Assembly: GCA_963762255.1 (NCBI GenBank)
Contig: CAVXKA010000002.1
Coordinates: 960,001-1,024,000, forward strand
Length of the DNA: 64,000 nt
Source of the DNA: Candidatus Eiseniibacteriota bacterium
GTDB lineage: Bacteria; Eisenbacteria; RBG-16-71-46; JABDJR01
Direction of reading: 5' to 3'
The number at the start of each line of letters is the position of its first letter. Position 1 is the first letter of the stretch. Positions 42,893 through 52,782 of this stretch are shown here, piece by piece. Made by a program: the position numbers and the translations under genes. The notes under the pieces were generated by a model. That model was not told the DNA's origin, made no database searches, and was given only the letters and a program-made list of their open reading frames with translations.

Positions 42893-43233
42893 ACCGAGAA
42901 GGACTCGCCGCAGCCGCAGGTGTTCTGCGCGTTCGGGTTTTCGAAGACGAAACCCTTGCCGGCGAGGCCGTCCTTGAAATCGAGCACGATGCCCTTGAGA
43001 TAGAGAAGGCTCTTGGGATCGACGAACACCCTCGTCCCATCCTCGAGCTCCGCCACGCTGTCGCCGGGTTCCTGCCGAGTGAAGTCGAGCTTGTATGAGA
43101 AGCCCGAGCACCCTCCGCCCTGGATGCCCAGCCGAAGGCCAAGACCTTCCCGATTCTCGGCGGCGAGAAGCCGCGCCACCTCACGACGGGCGGCGGCGGT
43201 GAGTTGAACGATGTCCGCTTGCATCTGGCTCAT
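42889..43233 (-). CDS. iscA: A-type Fe-S carrier (HesB/IscA family)
   Basis: GGGCSGFSY, F.FENPNA..TCGCGESF. Confidence 0.95.
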   Translation of the reverse strand: MSQMQADIVQLTAAARREVARLLAAENREGLGLRLGIQGGGCSGFSYKLDFTRQEPGDSVAELEDGTRVFVDPKSLLYLKGIVLDFKDGLAGKGFVFENPNAQNTCGCGESFSV

Positions 43234-43374
43234 GGGGATGACTCCTTGGCAATGGGCGGCAGGGGCCGGTCGACAGAAACATGACTTTAATTGTACACTT
43301 TATCTCGCCCCAGGATTCCGGTCCGGGAGGCGGTCGCGATTCAGGGCGGGGCGGCGGTATCGAGGTTCGGGGAT

Positions 43375-43677
43375 CTACTTGTAGCGGTAGGTGATGCGGC
43401 CGCGCGTGAGGTCGTAGGGCGAGAGTTCGACGGTGACCTTGTCCCCGTTCAGGATGCGGATGAAGTGCTTGCGCATCTTGCCCGAAATGTGGGCGAGGAT
43501 CTCGTGCCCGTTCTCCATCCTCACCTTGAACCGGGCATTGGGGAGGCTGTCCACGACGACGCCTTCAACGACCACCGCATCGGGTTTCCCTTGAGGGACC
43601 ACCGGCGCCGCGACGGCGGCGGTGCTCTTCTTGCGCTTTCTTTGAGGGCCCCGACGGGGGCCGGCTTTCTTGGCGAT
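43375..43677 (-). CDS. infA: Translation initiation factor IF-1 with basic N-terminal extension; probable ATC start
   Basis: [60 protein letters not shown]; AGGAGG lies 8 nt before in-frame ATC-GCC-AAG-AAA. Confidence 0.92.
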   Translation of the reverse strand: MAKKAGPRRGPQRKRKKSTAAVAAPVVPQGKPDAVVVEGVVVDSLPNARFKVRMENGHEILAHISGKMRKHFIRILNGDKVTVELSPYDLTRGRITYRYK

Positions 43678-43809
43678 GGCGCCATCCTCCTCTGCACAGC
43701 GGGCGCTGGACCTGCCGTGAATACGGCAAGACGCACAAAGACGCGCAGATACTAGCGCATGCGCGGTAACTAGGCAAATACCCCCCGAGGGCTCAAAGGA
43801 GACGCGATC

Positions 43810-45387
43810 ATGCTCACGACATCGACCCGACGATCCCGGATTCAGGTCCTGCGGGGCCTGGCCGTCCTGACCTGGCTCACGGCCCTCTTCGGTGGGGCGG
43901 GAACCCGCCCGGCACTTGCCGCGCTCCCGGCCGACTTCCAGGATCAGACGGTAACGACCGGCTTCAGTCAGCCCTCGGGGTTCGCGTTCCTCCCCGACGG
44001 TCGGATCCTCGTCATCGAGCAGAAGACCGCGAATCTGCGGCTCGTGGTGAACGGCGCGCTGCAAGCTTCCCCGGCCCTCACCGTGCCGTCGGTGAACACC
44101 TCGGGAAACGAGCGCGGTCTGCTCGGGATCGCGATCGACCCGGCCTGGCCCGCGCGGCCGTACATCTATGTCTACTACGACCGGACTCCGGGGAACGTGA
44201 ACTTCGTCTCCCGCTTCACCGGATCCGGCGATCTCACCGACGGGTCGAGCGCCGCGCTCACGTTCGCCGATCGGTACGACATCCTCACCGACATCCCCGA
44301 CAACGCGAGCAATCACAACGGCGGCACGCTGCGCTTCGGCCTGGATGGAATGCTTTACGCGAGTCTCGGCGAGGACGCCGATCCCTGCGCCGCGCAGGAT
44401 ACGACGTCGCTCAAGGGAAAGATCCTCCGGCTCGACGTGTCCGGGTTGCCCGCCGGAGCGGGAGGGCCGCCCACGAAGGCTTCCATCACGCCCGCCGGCA
44501 ATCCTTTCGTGGGGAACAACGCCAACGCGGGCCTGGTGTACTGCTTCGGACTGCGTAACCCGTTCCGTTTCACGATCGATGCGCTGACCGGGCGGCTCTA
44601 TATCGGGGACGTCGGAGAGAATGTCTGGGAGGAGGCGGACGAGGCCTACGGTGGCGAGAACTTCGGCTGGCCGCACCGAGAGGGGAACGCCAACCACGTG
44701 GTGGCCGCGTGTCCCGAGCCGGGGGGAGTCGGCTCGCAGAGTTACGCGACTCCGATCGCGACCTATCCACACGGAGCCGGGTCGCAGTCCGTGATCGGGG
44801 GACCGCTCTATCGGCCGTTGAGCGGCGGCGCGTATACGTTCCCCGCGCTCTACGACGGGGTGGTCTTCTTCGCGGAGTACTACGAGGGCTTCATCCGCGC
44901 GGTCCGCAAGAGCGGCGGGAGTTGGGGGCCGCTTGCCGCCGTGCCCGGCCAGCCCAACACGACCGACTGGGCCACCGGGCTCACCAACATCGGGGACATG
45001 CAGCAGGGGCCGGGCGGAGCGATCTACTACTTGAAGCAGTTCCCGGGAGAGTTGCACCGCATCGTGTACACAGGGACCGTGACCGGGCTGCCTTCCGGAG
45101 GAGACTCCGGGCGCGTCCTCCTGCGCGCGGCGCCGAACCCTCTGCGCGCGGGGCGCGGGCCGCTGCGGGTGACCCTGGTTGTGACCGACACGACCTGCCG
45201 GGTCGATGTCTTCTCGCTCGACGGCAAGCTGGTGCGCGCGCTCTTCGAGGGCCCGTCGCAGGGGGAGACCACGGTCGCGTGGAATGGGCGGGATGAAGCG
45301 GGCACTCCGGTCACGCCGGGCGTGTATTTCGTGCGCGCGCGGGCCGGCGCCGAGATCTCGGCGGTGCGGGTCGTGCTGATGCCCTGA
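43810..45387 (+). CDS. Secreted PQQ-dependent sugar dehydrogenase-like (GSDH) protein with FlgD-like C-terminal domain
   Basis: [34 protein letters not shown]...EE, NFGWP; C-terminal PNP...WNGRD...GVYFVR. Confidence 0.88.
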   Translation: MLTTSTRRSRIQVLRGLAVLTWLTALFGGAGTRPALAALPADFQDQTVTTGFSQPSGFAFLPDGRILVIEQKTANLRLVVNGALQASPALTVPSVNTSGNERGLLGIAIDPAWPARPYIYVYYDRTPGNVNFVSRFTGSGDLTDGSSAALTFADRYDILTDIPDNASNHNGGTLRFGLDGMLYASLGEDADPCAAQDTTSLKGKILRLDVSGLPAGAGGPPTKASITPAGNPFVGNNANAGLVYCFGLRNPFRFTIDALTGRLYIGDVGENVWEEADEAYGGENFGWPHREGNANHVVAACPEPGGVGSQSYATPIATYPHGAGSQSVIGGPLYRPLSGGAYTFPALYDGVVFFAEYYEGFIRAVRKSGGSWGPLAAVPGQPNTTDWATGLTNIGDMQQGPGGAIYYLKQFPGELHRIVYTGTVTGLPSGGDSGRVLLRAAPNPLRAGRGPLRVTLVVTDTTCRVDVFSLDGKLVRALFEGPSQGETTVAWNGRDEAGTPVTPGVYFVRARAGAEISAVRVVLMP

Positions 45388-45419
45388 CCTCCTCAGCGCA
45401 TCTGCTACGATCCCGCGCC

Positions 45420-46808
45420 ATGGAGCACCCACCTCCCGCGCCCGGCTCGACGGCGCCGTCCCGTGTCACGGACCCGGGCTCCCCCGCTCCACCCACGGGT
45501 CTACGCCGGGTCCTCGGCATGTGGGACGCGGTGGCCCTCATCGTCGGGGTCACCATCGGATCCGGGATTTTCGCCACCCCCCCGCTCGTAGCCAGCCACC
45601 TGCCCGGTGTGGGACCGATGCTCGCGGTGTGGGTTCTGGGCGGACTCCTCGCCTTGTGCGGTGCGCTCTGCTATGCCGAGCTCACCGCCATGTTCCCTCA
45701 CACCGGCGGGGCTTATGTCTTTCTTCGCGAGGGCTACGGCCGCCTTCCCGCCTTCACGTTCGGGTGGAGCTCGCTCTTCGTGACCTACCCCGCCTCCATC
45801 GCCGCCGTGTCGGTGGTCTTCGTGGCCTACCTCGCGCGGCTCGTTCCCATCTCCGAACCGGCCCGGCCGGTGGTCGCGGCCGCGCTCTGCCTCCTCCTCA
45901 CCGGCCTCAACATCCTCGGGGTGCGCGCGGGCGCGTGGACGCTCAAGATCTTCACCTCGGCCAAGGTGCTGGCGCTGGGCGCCATCGTGGTGGCGGCTCT
46001 CGCGACGCGCCACGACGCGCTCGCGGGCGCCGCTCCGTTCTGGTCGGCGCCCCCGGAAGGCTGGACCGCCGCCGCGGTCGCACTGTCCCTGGTATCCGTC
46101 CTCTGGACCTACGAGGGTTGGGCCGACGGGCCCACCATCGCCGGCGAGATGCGCGATCGAAGCCGCGATGTCGTGCGCGCGCTCCTGGTGAGCACGCTCG
46201 GGGTCACGCTTATCTACGTGCTCACCAACCTCGCCTACGTTCGCGTCCTGGGCATCGACGGCATGCGTGCGAGCGACTCGGTGGCGGTGGACGTGGCCAC
46301 GCCGCTCTTCGGCCACTCCGGGAGTCTCTTCGTGACGCTCCTCGTCCTGGCCTCCACCTTGGGCAGCATCCTCGGCATGGTCATCGCGGGTTCGCGCGTC
46401 ATCTACGCGATGGGGCGCGACGGGCTCTTCTTCGAACTCGCCGCCTACGTGCACCCCCGCTTCCGGACGCCTGTGGCGGCACTCGCCGCGCTCGGCATCG
46501 TCTCGGCCGCGTACGCCCTCATGGGCTCGTTCGAGACCATCATCCGGTACTTCGTATTCGTGGCCCAGCTCTGGTTCGTCTTCATCATCGCCTCGGTCGT
46601 ACGGCACCGCATCAAACGGCCCCGGGCGGAGCGGCCGTTCCGCACCCCGCTCTACCCGGCACCGGTGGTGCTCTACCTGCTGGTCGCGGGAGGGCTCCTC
46701 TACCAGCTCGCCCGCAGCGACGCCCGCGGCGCGCTGGCGGGCGTGGGCATCGTCGTCGCCTCGGTGCCGGTGTACGCGGTGTGGATGCGTCTGCGCCCCG
46801 CCCGTTGA
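45420..46808 (+). CDS. APC-family amino acid permease
   Basis: [40 protein letters not shown]. Confidence 0.92.
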   Translation: MEHPPPAPGSTAPSRVTDPGSPAPPTGLRRVLGMWDAVALIVGVTIGSGIFATPPLVASHLPGVGPMLAVWVLGGLLALCGALCYAELTAMFPHTGGAYVFLREGYGRLPAFTFGWSSLFVTYPASIAAVSVVFVAYLARLVPISEPARPVVAAALCLLLTGLNILGVRAGAWTLKIFTSAKVLALGAIVVAALATRHDALAGAAPFWSAPPEGWTAAAVALSLVSVLWTYEGWADGPTIAGEMRDRSRDVVRALLVSTLGVTLIYVLTNLAYVRVLGIDGMRASDSVAVDVATPLFGHSGSLFVTLLVLASTLGSILGMVIAGSRVIYAMGRDGLFFELAAYVHPRFRTPVAALAALGIVSAAYALMGSFETIIRYFVFVAQLWFVFIIASVVRHRIKRPRAERPFRTPLYPAPVVLYLLVAGGLLYQLARSDARGALAGVGIVVASVPVYAVWMRLRPAR

Positions 46809-46989
46809 GCGGGTGGGCGCAATCGGCGCTGCCCGCCCAACGCCTGCACACCCCGCTCCAACGGGCCCTACGTATTTCGCTTGCCCTCTCGCTCCCCGTC
46901 CTGTTTCATTCCTCGCGCTTGAATCGATCACGCCAACGACATCTTCCCGCGCTTCTCCTCGACCGGAGGAGCCGCGAACCCAAGGACTG

Positions 46990-47874
46990 ATGAGCACGAC
47001 CAAACCGAGCCGCCGCACCAAGTCCCCCGCCAAGCCGCGGGGCCGCGTTCCCCTCACCGCCTCCTCCGCCAACAAGCACATCCTCTACGAGGCGGCCGTG
47101 CAGTGCGTGGACGCCGATCTCGATTTCTTCACCCGGGTCTTCAAGCGCCATCGCGGACGTCCGCTGCGCAAACTGCGCGAGGACTTCTGCGGGACCGCCC
47201 ATCTGGCCTGCGAGTTCCTCAAGCGCCACCCCGAGAACCACGCCTGGGGGATCGACCTGCACGAACCTACGCTCAACTGGGGGATCCGCCACCACGTGCT
47301 GCCGCTCGGCAAGACGGCGGAGCGCATCGTCCTCATCCGCGACGATGTGCGCACCGCCCGCACCCCCGGAATGGATGCGGTGGCGGCGCTCAACTTCTCC
47401 TATCAGGTGTTCAAGACCCGGGACCAACTCCGGGAATACTTCCGCGCGGCGCGCGCGGCGCTCGCCCCCGACGGCATCTTCTTCGTGGACGCGTTCGGCG
47501 GCACGGAGGCGGTGGACGAACTCCAGGAGACCCGCAAGATCGATCCCTTCACGGGACCGGACGGGAGGGTCTACGAGAGCTTCACCTACATGTGGGATCA
47601 GGCCAAGTTCAACGTCGTGCGCAACGACATCCTCTGCCACATCCACTTCCGCTTCCGCGACGGCAGCGAGATGAAGCGCGCCTTCACCTACGACTGGCGG
47701 CTGTGGTCGCTGCCCGAGCTGCAGGAGATCATGATCGAGGCGGGGTTCAAGTCGGCCGAGATCTATCTCGAGGGATGGGACGAGGACGCCGACGATGCGG
47801 ACGGCGTGTTCCGTCGGCGCGATTGGTACGACAACATCGAGGGTTGGGTGGGGTACGTCGTCGGCCTACGGTAG
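46990..47874 (+). CDS. Class I SAM-dependent methyltransferase
   Basis: LYEAAVQ, motif I variant LREDFCGTA, GIDL, ALNFS, L.PDGIF.VD, FTYDWRLW. Confidence 0.8.
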   Translation: MSTTKPSRRTKSPAKPRGRVPLTASSANKHILYEAAVQCVDADLDFFTRVFKRHRGRPLRKLREDFCGTAHLACEFLKRHPENHAWGIDLHEPTLNWGIRHHVLPLGKTAERIVLIRDDVRTARTPGMDAVAALNFSYQVFKTRDQLREYFRAARAALAPDGIFFVDAFGGTEAVDELQETRKIDPFTGPDGRVYESFTYMWDQAKFNVVRNDILCHIHFRFRDGSEMKRAFTYDWRLWSLPELQEIMIEAGFKSAEIYLEGWDEDADDADGVFRRRDWYDNIEGWVGYVVGLR

Positions 47875-47912
47875 GGCAGACGCCGCGGTGCCGCGCCCGC
47901 GCGGCGCCGCGA

Positions 47913-49772
47913 TCAGTCCCGGGCCCCGGGAAGCCAGACGCGGAAGCAGGTTCCCCGCCCCGGTTCGCTGGTGAAGGCCACGCTGCCGTCCATCCGCTCG
48001 GCAATGCGCTTGACCAGCGTGAGCCCGAGCCCGGTGCCCACCGCCGAGAGGTCCTTGGCGTTCGGCGCCCGGTAGAACGGCTGAAAGATGTGGGACTGCG
48101 CATCGACCGGAATGCCGATCCCGGTGTCTTCGATCTTGAGTTCGAAGCCGCGCAGATCCGGGGCGAGTACCGCCGAGACACTCCCTCCCGCCGGCGTGTA
48201 CTTGATCGCGTTCTGGAGGAGGTTGGCGGTGAGGAGTTCCAGCTCCTCGGCGTTCCCGCGCACCTCGCAGGGTTCCCCATCCACGCGGACCTCGAGCCGC
48301 AGATGCGCTTCCGTCGCGGACTCGCGGACCTTCTCCACCTCCGCGCGCAGGATCCCTGCGAGATCCACCCGCTTCGGCGCCGCCCGCGCGGAGTCGATGT
48401 CGCGAGTCGTCAGGTAGAGCAGCTCGCGAACCGTGTCGAGCTGGCGTTCGTTCTTTTGCCGGGCCCGCATCAGCAGCTCGCGCTGTTGAGGCGTGATCTC
48501 GCCGGCATAGCCCTCGAGCAGCAGGTCCAGCATGTTCTGAACCGCAGCCAATGGAGAACGGAGGGCGTGGGTTCCGCCGATCACGAAGTCGCGGGTCGTG
48601 CGATCGCGGCTCTCGAGCTCCTTGTAGGCGCGGGCGTTGGTGAGGGCGATCGCGGCCAGGCCGGCCAGGCCGGCCATGAACTCCCGGGCGGTGGGGCCGA
48701 AGACGCGCGGCTTCGTGTCGTAGGCGCGCAGCACACCGAGAAAGCGCCCTTCGGCGGAGAGGGGCGCGCACAGAACGCTGGTGATCCCCTCGTCCTCGGC
48801 CGCGTCCTGGTACTGGAAGAGCGGATCCTCGCGGAGATCCACGATCGCCACCATCTCACCGGCTTGAACCCGCTGGTCGACGAGGCTGTCGGCCAGCCGC
48901 ACCGAACCCTTGCGAAGGTAGGCTTCGCTCAACCCCGCGCTGGCCACGAGGTCAAGGCTTCCCGACCCCTCGTCGTAGACCCGAAGCGCGGCGGCGGGAG
49001 CCTCGCAGACCTTGGTGGCCGCCTCCACCGTCATGCGAAAAATCGCCTTCACCTCGCGGGCCTGCGTGATGGAGAGCGACATCTGGTTCAGGCTGCGCGC
49101 GCGGTCCCGCCAGCGCTCCAGGCTCTTGGTGGCCTCGACGAGGATCTTGCGCTCGACCCACAACCGGTCGCCCAGCTTCTGGATGGAAAGCGCGGTGAGC
49201 GAGTAGCACGCGATGAGCGCGCCCAGAAACGCAAGCGTGCGGGCCTGACCCGGCGAGGCGGCCAGCTCGCCCCACACCGCGCTTCGCGGAAGCACGAAGC
49301 CGGCGAATTCGGCGGCGGTGGCGGCGACCAGGACGACGGTGGCCAGGGTTCCGGAGCGGAGACAGTCACGCGGAGGGAGGTAGATGGCCGCGACCGAGAC
49401 GTGGAAGATGAAGACGATGGAGAGCGGATTCACCGGCCCACCTGTGAGAACGATGAGCACGGTCAACGCGAGCCAGTCGAGCGTCACCTGCCAGAAGGCG
49501 AATCGGCGGTGGCGGCCGAAGAGAATCGGCTCCTCGGGGCCTCTTCGTCGGATGGCGAAGAAGAAGATCAGGTTGTAGGCGAGAACGATGAGCCCGAGCA
49601 GGAAGACCCCGTCGGGCCGGCGGAGCCCATGGATGCCCCCCGGCCCGGCCGTGCCCACCGCGAGGAGCGCCGCGCCCACCAGCCAGCGCATGCGCACCAG
49701 GGTGAGCGTCCAATCTGTGAGGAGGCGCGCCAGATGCCGGTCGGCATCGTGACGAGTCCCGGTTCGCACCAC
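47913..49772 (-). CDS. Membrane sensor histidine kinase with GAF domain
   Basis: N-terminal TM helices, GAF (SVLCAPL...GVL), H-box HALRSPL, NLLQNAIKYT, DTGIGI, GTGLGL. Confidence 0.9.
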   Translation of the reverse strand: MVRTGTRHDADRHLARLLTDWTLTLVRMRWLVGAALLAVGTAGPGGIHGLRRPDGVFLLGLIVLAYNLIFFFAIRRRGPEEPILFGRHRRFAFWQVTLDWLALTVLIVLTGGPVNPLSIVFIFHVSVAAIYLPPRDCLRSGTLATVVLVAATAAEFAGFVLPRSAVWGELAASPGQARTLAFLGALIACYSLTALSIQKLGDRLWVERKILVEATKSLERWRDRARSLNQMSLSITQAREVKAIFRMTVEAATKVCEAPAAALRVYDEGSGSLDLVASAGLSEAYLRKGSVRLADSLVDQRVQAGEMVAIVDLREDPLFQYQDAAEDEGITSVLCAPLSAEGRFLGVLRAYDTKPRVFGPTAREFMAGLAGLAAIALTNARAYKELESRDRTTRDFVIGGTHALRSPLAAVQNMLDLLLEGYAGEITPQQRELLMRARQKNERQLDTVRELLYLTTRDIDSARAAPKRVDLAGILRAEVEKVRESATEAHLRLEVRVDGEPCEVRGNAEELELLTANLLQNAIKYTPAGGSVSAVLAPDLRGFELKIEDTGIGIPVDAQSHIFQPFYRAPNAKDLSAVGTGLGLTLVKRIAERMDGSVAFTSEPGRGTCFRVWLPGARD

Positions 49773-49781
49773 GACCGAGCC

Positions 49782-50198
49782 CTAGGCGCGGCCGGCTGCG
49801 AGCAGCCGCTCGATCTCCGCCATCAGCACCGAGGGAGGCACGGGCTTCTCCAGGAACACGTCGACGGGAAGGAAGGCCTCGTCCTTCTCCGGCGAAAACT
49901 GCATACCGCGCAACTGGCCGATCGCGGTCATCATGATGATCGGCACGTCGTGGTACGCATAGAGCGAGCGCGCCGGCGTACGCAGATCGTAGGCGATTTG
50001 AAACCCTTCCGTCTCGGTGTCCAGGATGACGTCGAGGATGATGAGGCTCGGCCGCTCCCGCTCCAGTTCGGAACCGGTCTCCGCGCGGTTCTTGGCCCGG
50101 CTTGTGGTGAAGCCGCGCGCTTCCAGCACGATCCTCACCGCCTCGTAGATATCGAGGTCGTCCTCGACGACCAGGATGTGCCCCTTCTTATCGATCAT
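49782..50198 (-). CDS. Single-domain response regulator (receiver only)
   Basis: ILVVEDD, LIILDV, PIIMMT, EKP. Confidence 0.9.
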   Translation of the reverse strand: MIDKKGHILVVEDDLDIYEAVRIVLEARGFTTSRAKNRAETGSELERERPSLIILDVILDTETEGFQIAYDLRTPARSLYAYHDVPIIMMTAIGQLRGMQFSPEKDEAFLPVDVFLEKPVPPSVLMAEIERLLAAGRA

Positions 50199-50667
50199 GG
50201 TTTTCCTCACCCTCTGCACGGCCCGCCAGGGCCTTCAGAACCGCTGCCGTCGCCGTTTCCACCGCGTCGGCGACCGCGTTCGTGAGCCCGGTTCCGGGCT
50301 CCATCGAATCGGGCTCTACGGCGACCATCGTCACCTCGGTGTCGAATCCCAGGGCCCGCGTCAGGCGCACCATCGCAAGCGGATCCCCCTCGTGCGCGCT
50401 CGCGCGAGCGGGCAGCCGACGCTCGCGCGCCACCTCGGCGGCGAAGGTCCGCACCGAGCCCGCCGGAAGCCCCATCTTCGCGCAGTCCACCACCACGACA
50501 CGGGCGCGCGAGGCCAGGATGTCGAGGAGCAGATGCACTTGCGATCCGGCCTCGATCAGGTCCACGCCTTCGAGCCCGCCGCGCTCGCGCAGCCGGCTCA
50601 CCACCGCGCATCCTACTCCGTCGTCGCGATGAAGCGTACTCCCCAGTCCCACCACCGCCGGGCGCAT
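50188..50667 (-). CDS. Hydrogenase maturation protease
   Basis: VGLGSTLHRDDGVG, VVVDCA, SAHE; lies directly downstream of the large subunit. Confidence 0.9.
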   Translation of the reverse strand: MRPAVVGLGSTLHRDDGVGCAVVSRLRERGGLEGVDLIEAGSQVHLLLDILASRARVVVVDCAKMGLPAGSVRTFAAEVARERRLPARASAHEGDPLAMVRLTRALGFDTEVTMVAVEPDSMEPGTGLTNAVADAVETATAAVLKALAGRAEGEENHDR

Positions 50668-50671
50668 GACC

Positions 50672-51982
50672 TCAGCTCTCGCCGTCCGTGAACTCCACGT
50701 CCAGGAAGTGTGTCGAGCAGGAGATGCACGGGTCGTAGGCACGAATCAGCATCTCCAGATCCTTGACGATCTCCTCGCGAGGTCGATCGAGGATCTGCGG
50801 CACGCGCGCTCGAAGGTCCAGGTCGATGTTGGCCAGATTCTGACCGGTCGGGATCACGCAGTTGGCCTTCAGGCACAGGCCGTTCGAGTCCAGCTCGTAC
50901 TCATGGTAGAGGATGCCCCGCGGCACCTCGACGGCGCCCACCCCGCGGCCCGCGCGCACCCGCACCGAGCGGTCCTCCTGGCGCAGCCCCGTGCGATGGA
51001 GCGACTCGATGGTCGTGAGCGCGTCCTCGAGGCAGTGCACGGTCTCCACGACCTGAGCGAAGGTGATGGCGTACGGGTTGTGCACGGGGGGCTTCCCGAG
51101 ACCCAGCCGGCCCGCCGCCTCCTTCGCCCCGTCGCTGAGGAGATCCCAGTTGTTGTTGACGCGCGCCAGCGCGCCCACCATGAAGGACTCCCCCACCGCG
51201 CGGGCATGCTTGGCCGTGCTGTGGTCGACCAGGTGCTCGTTGGTCATCTCGCGATAGCGCTCGCCGGGGACGCGCTTGCCGGTCGAGGAGTAGATGTCCC
51301 CGTCGTAGAGCGCGTACTCGCCGTCCTTCTTGAGCGAAATGTACTCGGTCTCACGGGTGAACTGGGGAGGGGTCAGCGTCTCGAAGAGCTTCACCGTCTC
51401 GCGAGCGTCCTCGAGGGTCACCGTGAAGTCGGCGCGAATCGCCTCCAGATCCGCGCGCGTCGGGATCCGGGCGAATCCGTTCACGACCATCGCGATCGGG
51501 TGCACGTGCCGTCCGGCCAGACGCGCGCAGGCGTCGTTGGCAGATTTCTTCATCCGCAGCGCGCGCAGAACCACGTCCTTGTGGGTCTCCACGAGCGGGA
51601 ACACGCTCCCGACTCCGAAGTAGTCCGGAGCGGCGAGGAAGTAGGCGTGCAGCACGTGGCTCTGGATGAACTCCGCGTGAAGCATGAGCTTGCGCAGGAG
51701 CACGGTCTGCTCGGAGGGTGTGATCTCGAGCGCGGCCTCGGTGGCGCGCAGGCTGGCGGTCGTGTGCCCGACGGAGCAGATGCCGCAGATGCGGCACGTG
51801 ATTTGGGCCAATTCGTCCCAGCGCCGTCCGTGAAGCATGGCCTCGAAGAAGCGGGGCGACTCGACGATGTCGAGGGTGGCCCGCTCCAGGACGCCGTCCT
51901 TGACGTTGATACGCAAGTTGCCGTGCCCTTCGACGCGGGTCAGGTGCTTGAGATTGAGTTCGAGGTTAACGGTGTCACTCAT
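50672..51982 (-). CDS. hydA: Group 3b [NiFe]-hydrogenase large (alpha) subunit
   Basis: RVEGHG, RFFE, L1 motif RICGICS, EVPRG, L2 motif DPCISCSTH plus a cleavable tail. Confidence 0.95.
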   Translation of the reverse strand: MSDTVNLELNLKHLTRVEGHGNLRINVKDGVLERATLDIVESPRFFEAMLHGRRWDELAQITCRICGICSVGHTTASLRATEAALEITPSEQTVLLRKLMLHAEFIQSHVLHAYFLAAPDYFGVGSVFPLVETHKDVVLRALRMKKSANDACARLAGRHVHPIAMVVNGFARIPTRADLEAIRADFTVTLEDARETVKLFETLTPPQFTRETEYISLKKDGEYALYDGDIYSSTGKRVPGERYREMTNEHLVDHSTAKHARAVGESFMVGALARVNNNWDLLSDGAKEAAGRLGLGKPPVHNPYAITFAQVVETVHCLEDALTTIESLHRTGLRQEDRSVRVRAGRGVGAVEVPRGILYHEYELDSNGLCLKANCVIPTGQNLANIDLDLRARVPQILDRPREEIVKDLEMLIRAYDPCISCSTHFLDVEFTDGES

Positions 51983-52775
51983 CGGCGGCCACCTTCCGGC
52001 GCAGCTTCCCCGCGCCATTGGCCTCCACCTGGCATTCGGTGAAAAGCGTGAAGTGCTGCATGAGCTCGGCGGCGGTCACGCCGTGGCCGCGCAGCACCTC
52101 CATGTGGGCGTTCAGATTCGGCTCGTTGACGAACCCCCGGCACCCGTCGCAGGGATGTCCGTAGCTCGGACAGATGGCTTTGCAGCCCCCCCGGATGACC
52201 GGGCCCAGGCAAACCTCGCCCAGATCGAAACGGCAGACGTTCTCCAGGAACTTGCACTCGGTGCAGACGGGGTTATCGGTGAGGACGACGCTGCGTCCAA
52301 GCAGGATCATCGACACCACCCGCAGGAACTCGTCCTTGTCGATGGGGCAACCCGGGATCTCGTAGTCCACATGGACCACCGCCGAGAGCGGGCGCGCGGG
52401 GATGGTGTCCGCCCCCTGATCGGAGTCGCCGTAGACCTCGCGTCGCACCCGCGTCATGGAGAAGCGATTCTTGAGGGCGTTGATCCCCCCCAGGTGCGCA
52501 CAGGCGCCGAGGGCCACCAGGATCTTGGCCCGCTTGCGGATGGCCTCGATCCGCGGGATCTCGGCCTTGTGGGTGATGCTCCCCTCCACGATGGCGATGT
52601 CGTACTCGTCGGATCGCTCGCTCATCGCCTCGCGGAACTGCACGATCTCGACGAGGCCCACCAGCGGGACCAGCTCTTCCTCGAGATTGATGATCTGAAG
52701 CTGACATCCCTCGCAGCTCGTGAAGTCGAAGATCGCGATGCGAGGGCGCACCGCCGTGTTGGTTTGGTCGCTCAT
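51975..52775 (-). CDS. hydD: Group 3b [NiFe]-hydrogenase small (delta) subunit
   Basis: TSCEGC, VEGS, GACA..GG, PGCP, VCTECK, CLGP...GCKAICP...CDGC. Confidence 0.93.
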   Translation of the reverse strand: MSDQTNTAVRPRIAIFDFTSCEGCQLQIINLEEELVPLVGLVEIVQFREAMSERSDEYDIAIVEGSITHKAEIPRIEAIRKRAKILVALGACAHLGGINALKNRFSMTRVRREVYGDSDQGADTIPARPLSAVVHVDYEIPGCPIDKDEFLRVVSMILLGRSVVLTDNPVCTECKFLENVCRFDLGEVCLGPVIRGGCKAICPSYGHPCDGCRGFVNEPNLNAHMEVLRGHGVTAAELMQHFTLFTECQVEANGAGKLRRKVAADE

Positions 52776-52782
52776 ATCCCCC

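Noticed and set aside
41163-43374. TPP riboswitch for thiD
   Set aside because: thiD is internal to an operon with overlapping genes, and no CTGAGA-type TPP core was seen upstream of iscA.
43375-45432. 685-aa ORF that looks like a giant IF-1 fusion
   Set aside because: The upstream part is the antisense of the GSDH gene. Only the last ~100 codons are infA.
50672-51982. Possible [NiFeSe] hydrogenase or stop-codon recoding
   Set aside because: The L2 motif is DPCISC with ordinary Cys codons, and no in-frame TGA is needed in any gene.
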